Source: Trichosphaerium sp. ATCC 40318
Taxonomy: Eukaryota; Protista; Tubulinea
Assembly: GCA_038496445.1 (NCBI GenBank)
Contig: JALMLS010000578.1
Location: 496,001-560,000, forward strand
Length of the DNA stretch: 64,000 bases
Reading direction: 5' to 3'
How positions within the stretch are numbered: the first letter of the stretch is position 1; the number at the start of each line of letters is the position of its first letter. A model generated the notes under the pieces. It searched no databases, was not told where the DNA came from, and saw only the letters and a list, made by a program, of their open reading frames with translations. Made by a program: the position numbers and the translations under genes. This document shows positions 12,181 through 24,949 of this stretch, piece by piece.

Positions 12181-13321
12181 AAATTATGTGCCAATAGTTT
12201 TATACTCTACACCGTTGGGTCCAAAGATTCAAATATTTTAGGAGTTACTGCTCTCCTCATCGCCAACGCGATTTGACGATTAGACGCTTGGGGTCTATAA
12301 TACTCGTATTTTGGGGGTTCCTAGCAGTTCACGCCAACCAATTTGGGTGCTAGGCAAACCCCTGTACTAGTCTAGGGGTTGGTGGATAAACGGCGTCTTT
12401 GAGGGCTTCCGCAGTAGCTGTCTCCAGTCCTTTGAGGTATACCAGTTCATACGGTATACCTAGCCTTGTAGCTAAAGCATTTGCTATTTGGTGAAAGAAC
12501 TGCTGAAGTGGAGCTGGATATAGCTACTGCGGAACCCCCAACAATGGTCTATTCAAATTATAAGTTCAGACATGTTGAAATAGCTTTCCCTTAAATAGCT
12601 TCAAAGAAATGACACTCAATCAATCTGCCAAACTATTGAGTTAAAATACATTAGTTAAGACTCTATCAACCACGACTGCTCGTGTCAAAAAATAATCAAG
12701 CAAACATTGAGGAGGTAATTTGCTATTGTACTGCCGTTCGCTTTTGCGGAACCGATTTTGAGCTACTGTTTTTTGTTGCTTAATGTTGTCAGTATCTTTG
12801 TCGTAACTGCAGAGCGTATTTGTTAATCTGTAGCTAGTATAACAAAATGTATATCACATTCAGAACTACTAATCTTGTGCAGTAATAGGTATTGGTAACG
12901 TCAGAAGCAACAAAGTATTTGTTAAGGTGATTTAGGTCAACTCAAGAGAAGGTTAAGTACTATTGTGTTGTATTGCCTGAATGTATAAAATTATGCCTTG
13001 ACTTTTGTGGCAATATTGATGACAATATCATTGCGTAGACCAGGTGAATAACTGTTGACTGAGGCAAATACCAACTTGACTTTTTAGCTTGCTTAGAGCA
13101 AATTGAACTAAGTGTATGCGTCTTCACTTTTACATTTCTTCTGTGGTAAAGCCTCAAAGGGTTTACTCATCACCACAGCAAGTAGGTAACACCTGTCAGG
13201 ACCTCGAATTTAATAAGTTTGACTAACTTATTATTTACCTCATAAGCCCTCTCCCTAAGGGATGAAAATTGAAGTATGTATAACAGGCAACAACAGTTTT
13301 ATTACGAGAATGACATATTTT

Positions 13322-16300
13322 TTACTGCTTTGGTTTGTTTGCTTCTTTAATAAGAGATCCATTCTTTTCACTCATGACAAGAATTGAGAATCTATCAACT
13401 GTGTTCAAGTCATTTGTCATTACAGACGTGTAATCAAATGCACCAGACAAGTCAGTATATCCATCCTTTAGACAAAAAGTCAGAGACAACAAACGAAGTT
13501 TGAAACATAAAAACTTGTGGTTCGTGCTTCAAGATGAGGATTTTGAGGTTTTGGTTCATTTTATTATTATCGTACCTTGAAGAACTTGGTGGTTCCGTTT
13601 GTATGTCTTGCGTATACTTTGATATATACTTTAGATATTGGTCTTCCTGTTGTTTTGTCTGTGACCTTCAACTGTCCATAGTTCTCAATGATATTGACGA
13701 ATAGAGAGTTTGAGAAGTATGCAGATGATTTGCGTGTACCAGCGGCTTGGATATCAATCTAACAAAACGTATGAGCACCAACACAAGCAAGGAGTTGTTG
13801 AAGATACAATAAACAAATCTGATTTATCACGTGATAACCAAGACTCAATTGAGTTGATTGGGAAAAAAAGGGTGAACGACTTACCATGACGTTACTGTTA
13901 TGGTACGCTTCTGGTAGATCAATAACATGACTGTTCGAGTGAGCAGGTAATTCTAAAGAGATAGTACTGTTGGACATGATATAGCCAAACTGATCAGTTG
14001 CTTTCTGTACGAAAGGTGAAGTGGAGAATAGAAGTTCGATATCCATTTTGAAGAAACTAACAGTTACATTCTAAACAAAGCGGTTTAGTAACAGCAAGAC
14101 TCAATGAGGGGCGTTTAAATAAACAGGTGTAATACATGTCAATACTATTGAGTAAAATAAAGTAATCAGTGTAAGCTTGTACCTTGAGATTTTGGTAGTC
14201 AATGTGGATCTTCTTGGATTCAACAGTGAAATCAAAGCTTGCTTGAGCAGATGCAAGTTTAGCTTGTTGCTGGTCACGAGATTTCTCATCTACTATCTCA
14301 ACAGAAGCTCCTATAAGATAAAATATTAGTCTTGGTTCAAACAAGGATGCTTCTTACCGTCGATTTCTGCAAGTTTCTGACGAACTGAACCAAATAGTTT
14401 GTTCCATCTTGGTACAGGATAATCAACATATCTATTGGATAAGTTAATTCTTTGTGATTGGCATACAAATGATGAAATGTTGTTCTTCTACGTACTTCTT
14501 AACCACTTCTCTGGCCACTTTAGGTTCGTCATTATAGAAGTCGAGGTATGCGGCAAGATAGTCATATTGTAACTTTGCTTGGTTGTTGTCTGTTTTACTC
14601 AAAGAAACACGTGCAAACATAGCTTTAGACTCATCGATACGATCTTGTATCAAAAGGTAGTAGGTGGCAGCCATTAGATCAGAAGCATCCATACTGACAT
14701 AGCACATATTGGAAAGGAACTACACAATATGTAAGAACTAAGAAACATAGAGAAAATACAAAAGAAAGAAGATGACTTTACCTTTTCGTATTGTGCCTTG
14801 AAACGATCGTTTAAGATCTCTCTTTTAGAACCAATAGCATGAGCTCTAGCGTTCACAAATGGGTTGTATTCCAAGTGTTCATAGGATCTTTGACGGACTG
14901 GGTCTAGTGATAAAAGAGGAGAAGTCATGTAAGGACCAACACGTTGCATGAAGGTCTTGTTGTACTGGAAGAAAATAAGCAATGACAAAAAACATTAAAA
15001 GTTGAACATACTTGGAGGTACTCCTTAGTAATCTTGACGTCTTTGTGGAGAACACCAAAAGACCAGAGAACTTTACTAAATGCTTTTTGTGCAGCTAGTA
15101 TGGATATCGCTTTAGAAAAGAAGTCAGCGTCCTTGAAACGCCAAGCCATCCTAAAATAAAAAGATCAGTTATGTATCTTAAGATTTCACGAAGAAAACAC
15201 GCTTAAACTGACGTGGTATGTTGTCAATATAATTGCAAGCAATTCAATAGTTGTAGTAGATGGTGGTTTAAAGTCTATCTTTGCAACGTACTTTGCAGTG
15301 TTGATGTCATGAACATTTTCCTTTTTAAGGAATTCAATGACTTGCTCACTAGTTCCGTTTTGACTTATCCAATCCCATGACTGTGTATCAACAATAGTAG
15401 GTTTCTCTACAACCTTCAAGGTGACCGGTTGAGCATATGCAACAACTAAAACAAAAGATAAGTCAAGAGAAGTTCAGAAACGCAAGAACAAGAAAAGAAA
15501 AAAAAAAATTATGTTGTACCTTTTTCGGATTGAGACACGTGAACAGGGAAGTGCTTGTAACTTCCTGGAGCAGGGAAGTAGAATTGGTAATCAATCGTTT
15601 GCGTTGAATAAGCACCAAGTGATATGAACTTAGACTTTGTAAAGAAGCCATTAGATACAGGGAATGAACCAACAGGTATCTGCATTAGAACTTCAAGTTG
15701 TTGTTTGGAGCATGAAACATTAGTGACAACAAGTTGACATCCATATACTTTCTTGTATATGAACTCTTCAGATACGTAGCGCTCGACTCTATTTCCATTA
15801 ACGGTATCATAACGTCTAGCAGGATCATAGAAGTTCTGGCCAACAAGGACGGGTTTTCTGCAACAAAGAAGTCAATATCATAATGAAAGAAAGAAAAACT
15901 TACCTATCGACTGGAGACTCGTTGATTTGTTTGTGGAAGATGATGACATCATTCTTTGGTTTTAATGTCATTGCATAGTCATTGTACTCAATATCATGCT
16001 CTTCAGCATCAGTAAAAGGCATATCAAGTACTAAAAAAAGAATAAGTAAGTCAACACTAAAACAAAAAAAAACGTTATCAAGCATGTACCTGACAGTGCG
16101 AACATCATTTCTGGAAATTGATTCGCTGCATAAGCGACGTTTGAGGATACAAAAGATGATTTTCTATCACGTTGAGCATAATCGCGCCAAAACGCGTTCA
16201 TAGATACAAGATGATTTGTAGGGGCAGTATTGTTATGTTTGTAGTAGTTCATCTCTGCATACTCCTAAGAAAAAAGTAAGAAAAAGCTATAATTCTAACT

Positions 16301-19300
16301 CCAGACGATGTATACCGACAAGGTGCAAGTATTCATAAAAAGAGTATCTACTTACCTTTGTCTTTGGTAGGCTCTTATGGAATACGACAGGGCTTTTATA
16401 TTCCTTTTCTTTTCGGTCTTTTCGTTGCATGCTTTGTTTCCTTCTTTTCGATTTTTTTCTGCTGCGAGGTACCGCAGACATAGGGGCGGCAACTTCAAGT
16501 TTTGCTGCACGATACATTGCCTGTGGTGCTTGAGGCTTATCTTTACCGCCAAGTTTAGGTGCATCTGCGTCTAAAGCACTTCCTTTTACAGCAGTATCGA
16601 ATAAACGGTTGAATCGGTCTACTTGTACAGGTAGTAAGTCATTTTTAGCTTTGACATAGTTTGCCTGTAATAACAAAAGCGTCAGCTATCAAAAAAAAAG
16701 AAGAAAAAAATACGAATAAAGTGTATTTCTTTGTAGTTTTATATCGTACCATCTCGTCATCTTCAAGAGCTTCACCGAGTAGAATTTGCTCAAAAGTATT
16801 AAGACGTTCAAACTCGACAGGTGTCATAAAGTCTTTGAGGTTACGTAGAGATAAAAGATAAGAATCCATGAATGTCTTTTCTTTCTTATTAGCAATATAT
16901 GGCTTAACAACATCCTTGAAGAATTTTTCATCCTAGAACACTCCATTACAAAAAGATCAAATGTGATGGATTTCTAAAACCGTACACATCTATAGATGAA
17001 GTAATTGAGTTCATGGCATGAGAACTCAGAGTACTTCTCACGCTTTTCTTCTTCAGTCATTTTCTTCCAGTTTAGAATAAACTTGAATTTATCCAAAGTT
17101 GAGTTGTTTGTCAAAGCAGTGAATAAAGAAAACACCTTTGTTTTGGTATCGTATATTTCAATTTTTGAAGTAAAGACATCTCTAACAGAGAAAGAAGAAC
17201 CAGGAGCGACAGTATCGATCTTTTTTTGCTCAGTAAAGTGACCTTTAAACAAAGTAATTAGTAGAAAGTTTAGTGATAAGTTATTTTACCATCTGCAGCA
17301 AGAGCGCGGTCGTTGTTCAAGCGCAAGTCCTTGTAAGCTTTTAGACCATTATTAGCAAAAACATGAACATGTGCAGCGCTTCCATCATCTATAGCAACAA
17401 CGCGAAGGTATCCTGAACCCTTCAACTCCCTAGATCAAAGTCAGAGATTTTTAAACAACTTTCTGCGTACTCTAGTGGGATAGTAATGTCTCCATTGTCA
17501 TCTACCTTGAGATTGTACATTACAACAGAACCTTGTGGTAGGAAGTCCAGGTTATGATCTTGTAACCCAGAAGGCTTAGTACGAGATAAGCTCTGCAGGG
17601 GAGCTGCACATGCTGCCATACTACGACAGCTAAAAAACAATAAATTTTTTCAAAACAAGCATACAAATAATCCCTACCTATTCAAGCTCTCTGTACCGTA
17701 TTTTTCGTTAGACCTCAATACTTCTAGAGAGGTTAGAGTATCTTGAATAGCCCCTACAGCACTAGTTAGCATAAACTAATCCATTTAGACAAAAAACTCA
17801 CAAGGGTTAAGTAGCATAGAAGGACGTGGCAAAGTGTTTCCTTTTTGAAATAACAAAGTTAGAATAGCTTTTACATAAGTTATAGTTAATCAAATACCTG
17901 CGTATATCTTAGCGTATTTCCTATCAAGGATGTATCTATACTCATCACCGAGTTTTCTACCCGATAAGTAACGACATTCATTGGTAGTGAATTGCTTAGA
18001 AGCAAGTGGACTTAACGGGAACTGTGCCAATGAATTGACAACATTGTGGCTAGGCAGGAAGTGTGATGCTAGGACATGTACTCGTGTACGTTCTGTGCTA
18101 TTGTGAACAGTGATTTTTAGAGCTTTTTCAGTCACTTTTGCTTCAACTTGAACATCAACATCACGAGCCTCTACAAAGAAAAAAATGAGGAAAAAAAAAT
18201 GGTTTAGCATTTTTTATACATACGTTCCAGGATTCTGCATTTTCCGAAGATAAATGATGAAGCTTTCTTTCCTTTGGATACATTGATAGCAATTGTAAGG
18301 CTATCATTGTCTTTTAGACAAAGTGAATATTTTCCTTGTGTAAGATCCTTAATCTTCAAGTATCCATCTTCAAGGCGAATTTTATCGAAACAATTGCGAA
18401 CAACATAGCCAGAAGCTCCTTTCTCCAAAAGAGATACGGAGTTTACTGATAGTCCACCTAGCGAAGCGTTAATAATTAAGAATGAAAATGACATGCAAAG
18501 TCAATTTTATCGTTTGTATCAAAATTCAAAAAAAAATCAGAAGCGTACATCCGTAAATATCATTGAAAGGTACAATGACGTCCTCTCCTTCAGCAGCTGA
18601 TATTACCTTTGGGTATGAATGCCAGTTTTTAGGTAGGTTCCAACTACGTTATAATCAGATATGTACTAACTCAGGAGGTGCAAAAATCAAATACTTACGT
18701 ATACTGTGTTGTAACAGACGAAATATCTTTAAGCTGACCCAATTGAACTTTACCAAAGCTATCAGTTTGAACAGAATACGTAAGATAGTTGGAAAAAAAG
18801 CGCGACTTCAAGGTAACAGAGACAACTTCATTAGGCTATTAAAGAGAGTAAGAAACTTAACAAAAAAAACAGAAAAAAAAAAGAAAATAAAGGTGAATCT
18901 TTTGGTTTTGCGTACAATAGGTTCTCCGCTTCTTCCAATAACCTCAAGAACATATCCTGTAGCATCTCTTGCCAAGATATGATCTTGAGTTTTCGCATTC
19001 CCATCAATCTTATTAATGACAAAAGAAGAACTTTTGTTAAACCCTTGCTTGGCACCATCAGATGTACGTGTAACAGATGAGGTCAATTGGAAGGTAATTG
19101 ATCTAAAGTAACGGAGTAAGCACATAATACTGTAAACTACTTGCATGGTGAGTGGTACCTTAGTCCATCAGGAACATTGAATTCGTAAGTTGAGTCTTTA
19201 TCAGCAAATAACTCAAATTTTGGCACACTCTTTGTCGATTCAGTGCCATCAGCATCGTTTGTTGTAATCTTAAGAGTAACATCTTCCAATTTTGATATTG

Positions 19301-21977
19301 GACATAATTTATCGTTGATGTAAAGCTTTGGTGAGATAACAACTTGAGCTTTGTTGCCTTTAAGAAGTGTTTCTCTAACATCGAGTTATTTTGTTATTTC
19401 AACGAAAATAAATTGTATTTGAAGCTAGTTAACGGGCACTTACCTGTCAACGTATATGCCAGCATGAAATGAGTAAGATTCAGTTTTATGATTAAATCTA
19501 CCAAGCGTTGTAAATCCACCATGTGTCAAAATGATGTTTTGTTCTCCTTTAGATGAAGTGAAAGGCACTAAAATCTCTCCATCTTCATCAGTTTCGAAGG
19601 CATGGCCAGACAGTATCATCTTAACAGGCTAAATTTCAAACAATGTCAACCTTGTGAACCACGTGGACTAGAATAAAGAACGTACAGAAAGTGGCTTATC
19701 AGATTCATCAAAAAAGGTAAAAACATGTCCACCATAAGTAAGACGATCAATATACTTGATTTGACCTTTGATAACAACAGCTCTACTGCTCTTTCCTCCA
19801 CCAATAAACTCAATAACATACATTCCTCTATCTTTGATCTTATCGAAGGTAAATGACCTGTTAACACGCTTGATTGGCGCTTCCTAAATGAATAAGTTAA
19901 ACAAGGTCTACTATCGCACGTGACAAACTTACTTTATATTTTTCAACAAACTCGTGGTTTGCTACTAGACCATCAAGGTTGATTCCTGTAGTAACTTCTT
20001 GGTTGTTCTCCATATAATAGTTAAAAGTATTGATATGGTACACCTTTACTAGGAGTGTCTTGACGTTCTTTATCCAGACTTTAAGCTCAACTTTTTCATC
20101 AGTTTTAAATCCTTTCGAATTTGTTTCATCAAACTCAATATCAACTCTAGATTTTAACTCGGCTATACAGAATAACAGTTAGCGTTACCCTTGGAGGAGG
20201 TAATCTTAAATTCTCGAAGCGTACCCAAGTAAGCTGGTGAGTTAAGCGTCTTGAACCACTTATCAGCATCACCTTCTCCTGCAAGGAGGTTTGAGGTAAC
20301 CCAGAGCTTTGTGAGGTAATTGTCCTCGAAAAAGTTGGAAAAAGCAGAAACAGACTCAGCGCCTTTCAAGTAATGCAATAGAAGCGTTCTACCTAAAGTG
20401 AATGTAAGAGCACTGCCTGAGGTTCATTTCCCTATTGTTAACGTACAAAGTTCGCTGTCTTCAGTGCTACTGACAGATCTCAAGCTACCAACCCTAGGCA
20501 AACCGAAATTGATAATTCTAAGGCAAAATAAGTACAAAATACTTATTTTTTTGATTTAGTCTTACTTCTGAGCTTGAGATTGTAGCTTCTTCAGCATTTC
20601 GACGTTACCATCAGAACGTTGTGCAGGGAACTGCAAATAAGTTGTAAAATCTTTATTGTTGTAAACACCTGTTTCTATGCCGAGCTTCAAGATATTGTAC
20701 ATTACATTAACCTATTAAAAACACGTGTCAGATTTCAGTACACAAAAACCATCATTTGATGCTCACCTTGTGTCCCATAAAGGCATCGCTGAGTGTCATA
20801 ACGAAGTCCTTGAGGCGGTTCAAGTAAGCTGTACGGACTTGGATATCATTTGGATCACAATCAGGATTGATTTCAAGATGTTTGACATAACTATCTACCC
20901 AGTGTCCGTTGTTACGCATATCATGATGTTTGCTCATTTTAGCGAGTTCTTCAAGCTGTGACTTTGTCAAGTTTGAAAAAATAGGGAATCTAGTAGGTGA
21001 ACGGTTTTTGTCCGCTATAACTGCACCATAAAGCTTCATAAGGTTAGGATGGTCAGGGTGCGCAACTCTACAAGGTGAACATAAGCATTAAAAAAAAAAA
21101 CCGTTGTAAAAAAACGTGACGATCATTTTTTTTCTTACCTTTGAAGAAGCAAGTGTTGCTGCTCTGTAGATAGGCTACTATAGCAATCAAGCAAACGAGT
21201 AGTAGTAGGAGCATTACTGACGAAATTTTGAAGCCTGTTTGTGTATTTGAGAGCTGAGGCCTTTTGCTTTTCCCAAGAGAAAGCATCTACAATGAAAAAA
21301 AAACCGTAAGAAATTTTTTTTTTTCAATATTGTCTCGTCTACCTTGGTCGAGCGTGCTTGGGTATGTGGAAGGCCGAACACCACGTGAAGAACTCTTGGA
21401 ATAATTATAACTCAAGCCAACTGTCTTCTTTAGCCAATTCCATATTTCATCCTGGTCTTTTTGTTGAGAGAATCGGCTCAAGTTAAACCTAGAGAATTCG
21501 TTGGGTTTTGATAAGATTAGTTGAAAAAATATGTACCTGGCCTCCATTTGCTTGTAAAGTTCATCGATTTTGTCATCTTGAGATTCCAAGTACTTAGAGA
21601 GCGTGAGACAAGAAATATCTTTCGATAAACTATTTAACGTTAAAAGACGTACCGCTTTTAGTTCCTTTTTAATAAGGGACTCGTTTTTACCGCCTAACTA
21701 GCGTAAGAATTAAATAAAGACTTAGCTGACCAAAAATACCTTCGTTGGTTTGAATGAGGTGGAGGAGCGTGTAACGATAGTATTCTTTAGAGCCCTAGTA
21801 ACTTTTAGTGCGTTTATTTAACGAAATATTGAACGCTTACTCTCAAAAGTTGTTTAAGGGTTTCCCCGCGATTTTCTGAAAGAGCATAAAGCTCCTTGAA
21901 CGATACAGAGTCGTTTCTATAATTAAAGTTAAAAAATACGGTTAACGTTATAGTATAAAGAGTTGTTACCCCGACAT
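13322..21977 (-). CDS. Very large (roughly 2000 aa) AbpF-like / planctomycete-type protein, many exons
   Basis: N-terminus FKELYAFSENRGETLKQLLRGSKEYYRY; internal YRYILDRKYAKIYAGNTLPRPSMLLNP, EKYSEFSCHELNYFIY and YEHLEYNPFVNARAH; C-terminus KFFKDGYTDLSGAFDY...SLIKEANKPKQ*. From memory these match Dictyostelium AbpF and planctomycete hypothetical proteins. Confidence 0.75.
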
Positions 21978-22444
21978 TGTTGTTTATTGATTAAAAAACC
22001 ACAACACAGAATCAAAACCGAAACATAAACCAGCTGTTAAGTCACAAATAGTTAAGGAGACTAAAAACCGAAAGTAATTGCATGTGCTCTTTTTCCAGAA
22101 TGTAGGGAGTACTAAACGATATGCGTCCGGTTTTGTGAGCTTGACGCTATGCAAGCCTGCGCTAGATGTTTAAAACAAGCTAAAAAAGAAAGAAACAGCT
22201 GCACTATGTTTTTCTACCTGAACCAACCTATTGCGAGCTTTGGCACACACCAAGGTTTAGATAAACTTATCAGTACCAAAACTAAAGACTCAGCATGTTA
22301 GCTACTACTAGAAACCACGTTCTACAACGAGAGTCTTCCTTTCATAACAAAACTAAACTTGGTTTTTATTTTTTTTTACAACTTGAAGGTCATTTTACAT
22401 GGTTGATACCAACTCATGGACCATATCACTAGTCCTTGTCTCTC

Positions 22445-24758
22445 TTACCTTTGGTAAAAGTCTTTTGTACGTCGTACGACCCCTAAACAACGGTAAATTA
22501 AGCAAGCCACGCACTTCATGCATACCTTATTCGAAGCACTAATGCGACAATAGTCACACCAACAAACATTGCAACGCAGATAGAGAATCCAGCAATAAAG
22601 TTCAAGTATGTTATCCAACACTAAGCCAATGTAAGTAAAAGATATTGTATCGAATAACACGTGCCAATATTCCTCCTGCAACGCTCTACAAAAAAAAAAC
22701 AAAATAAGTTTCAACCCAAAAAAAAAGTTGTACTTACAACTACACATGTGCCTAATGTGTAAAGTTTTAGAGTTGTAGCAATCGGTAGATGATCGTATTG
22801 GCATATTAACCAAAAAAACGAGCCATTAACATGGGACCATCCAATGGCACCTAAACGGAGTATGTCAGACAAATAAAAAGACGCTGTGAGATTACCTGCG
22901 CCAATGGCTACAACCACAAGAGCGCGCTCAAATTTACCGTCAAACCCAAGTGGTACCATGAGAGATTTCATCACAGATGCAGTCGTCACAATAGCAACAG
23001 TTCCAGAACCTGAAAACGAAAATCAACGCTGTTTCGCATTGTAAATCATACCTTGTGCTAGGCGTATAGCAGCAGATATAATAATAGGTATCCAAATACC
23101 AAGGTTAGCTTTACTTAACGTATCACCAATGATACGACCAAGATCTGCTTCATCAAGGATCTTTCCAAATCCTCCACCAGCAGCGATGATCAAAGCAATA
23201 TTTGCCGCCTCAGCGATTCCCTTACCGACGACACCCTGCAATCAAGTAAGCCATGTTAATGCACATTTTTTGGGAAAGACATTTACCTTTGTAGATACTA
23301 TATCTGGAGTAAGTGTAGGCATCTGAAAGATTGCAATGAATACGCCAAGAAGCAATGCAATATTAGGATCTCCAACAAAAGAAATTGCGAATTTTAAATC
23401 GCCGCTACCAAAAGGTTCCTCCGGTAAGTTTGCAACAGATTGTAAACCTGATTAAAAAAGTGTTAACACGTGCTTCGGGAAATAAAAAGAATTCACTTTT
23501 AATAAGTTACTACTTGCCTATTAAAATCATTGGAACTGCTATTGGTGCAAAACACATCAACAAGTTTGGTTGTTTCTCTGGATCATGTGCTTGAAGGTCA
23601 GCCTAAAAAAACATTTAAAATGGACTCTACAACTGAACGCTTTACCTCTTCAACTTCTCCATCCGCGCCCAGGCGAGGGTCAACTGGTGTTCTATCGGCA
23701 TAGAGCATTGCAAACGTCCAACCAACGCTTGTTGTACCAAGAGCTATAACGAAACCAATGCCAATCACGTACGCAAGGTCAGCCTGTCAATGATAGTTAA
23801 GTGCCTTTAACAAAGCTTCTAAACTTACTTCCAGTATACCTGCAGCAGCTACTGGTCCAGGAGTTGGAGGAACAAGGCTGTGTGAAGAAAGCACACCAAG
23901 GCTCATTGCAATCAAAGGACCACTTAAATTAATACCTTTCGATTAAAACATCAATTTCTGCAGTTTTGACTCAGGGTTTCGCAAGAAACGTACCAGCTTC
24001 AACGCACAGAGTTCTGTTGAGTGGTGAAAGTAATACGAAAGAAGAATGAGCGAATACTAACAAGAGTGTTAGTGTACAAAGGTCACTACATATTTTTTTG
24101 AACCAACTCAACGTACCTGGAATCGAGACAATAAACCCAATGACGTTCGTGGCATACGCCACGTTTTTTCTACCAACAACCCATAATAAACTTCGCGCCA
24201 TCTTGTGAGCAGCACCTGATTCTGATATGAATTTACCTAAAGAACCCATTAAAAAAAAAAGGAACAGTTACCATGTTATCACTTTAAATTGTCACGTGAC
24301 GCGTAAAGCTTACCTATTATTGTACCATATACTATTATCAGACCCACACTACCCATTATATCACCAAATCCTTTATTAACATGATCAATAACTTCCACAA
24401 CGTTAAACCCTGATAGACATCCATACAGCAACGAGGCTAAACGTGTGAGAACAAAGTTTAAAAAAAAACTACTACAGTTTATGTCAAATGACTTTTCGGT
24501 TCTCCTTTTTTTCACGTGATATCTGAGCACGTTGTAGGCATTCTTTTGCGCTTTCAAAAACTTTTTTTTTATGTAACTTTGCACTTTTCTTCACGTGTTG
24601 TATGAAATGGCTGAAATACGAGCTAAACAATACATACCAATTATCAGCGTCAAGAATGGATGTAAGTGTAATAAAGCAGCCCATAAAACTATCAGAACTA
24701 TAACTAGACCAAGTAAGATCACTTTCCATAAGTCCAATGAGGTGTTAACGTCTTCCAT
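22445..24758 (-). CDS. GntP-family (gluconate/sugar-acid:H+ symporter-like) permease; exact 3' end uncertain
   Basis: LHPFLTLII, KGFGDIMGSVGLIIVYGTIIG, ESGAAHKMA, HSLVPPTPGPVAAAG, LIIAAGGGFGKIL, IRLAQGSGTVAIVTTA and SHVNGSFFW are GntP signature motifs. The gene has more than 10 introns. Confidence 0.9.
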
Positions 24759-24949
24759 AGCAGGAAGATTCGAAAGAATTGTTTGTAGTGTCAAAAACGG
24801 TGACTTAACGTTTCATCGTTCTTAGGGCTCTTACACGCATGCTTTACATATCTAGGTGGCGACATCTTTCTCAGAAACACTACTTGCATAGATATCTCTT
24901 TGTGAAACATTAAGTCACCCTACACGTGACATGCAAAAACTTTTCAGAA

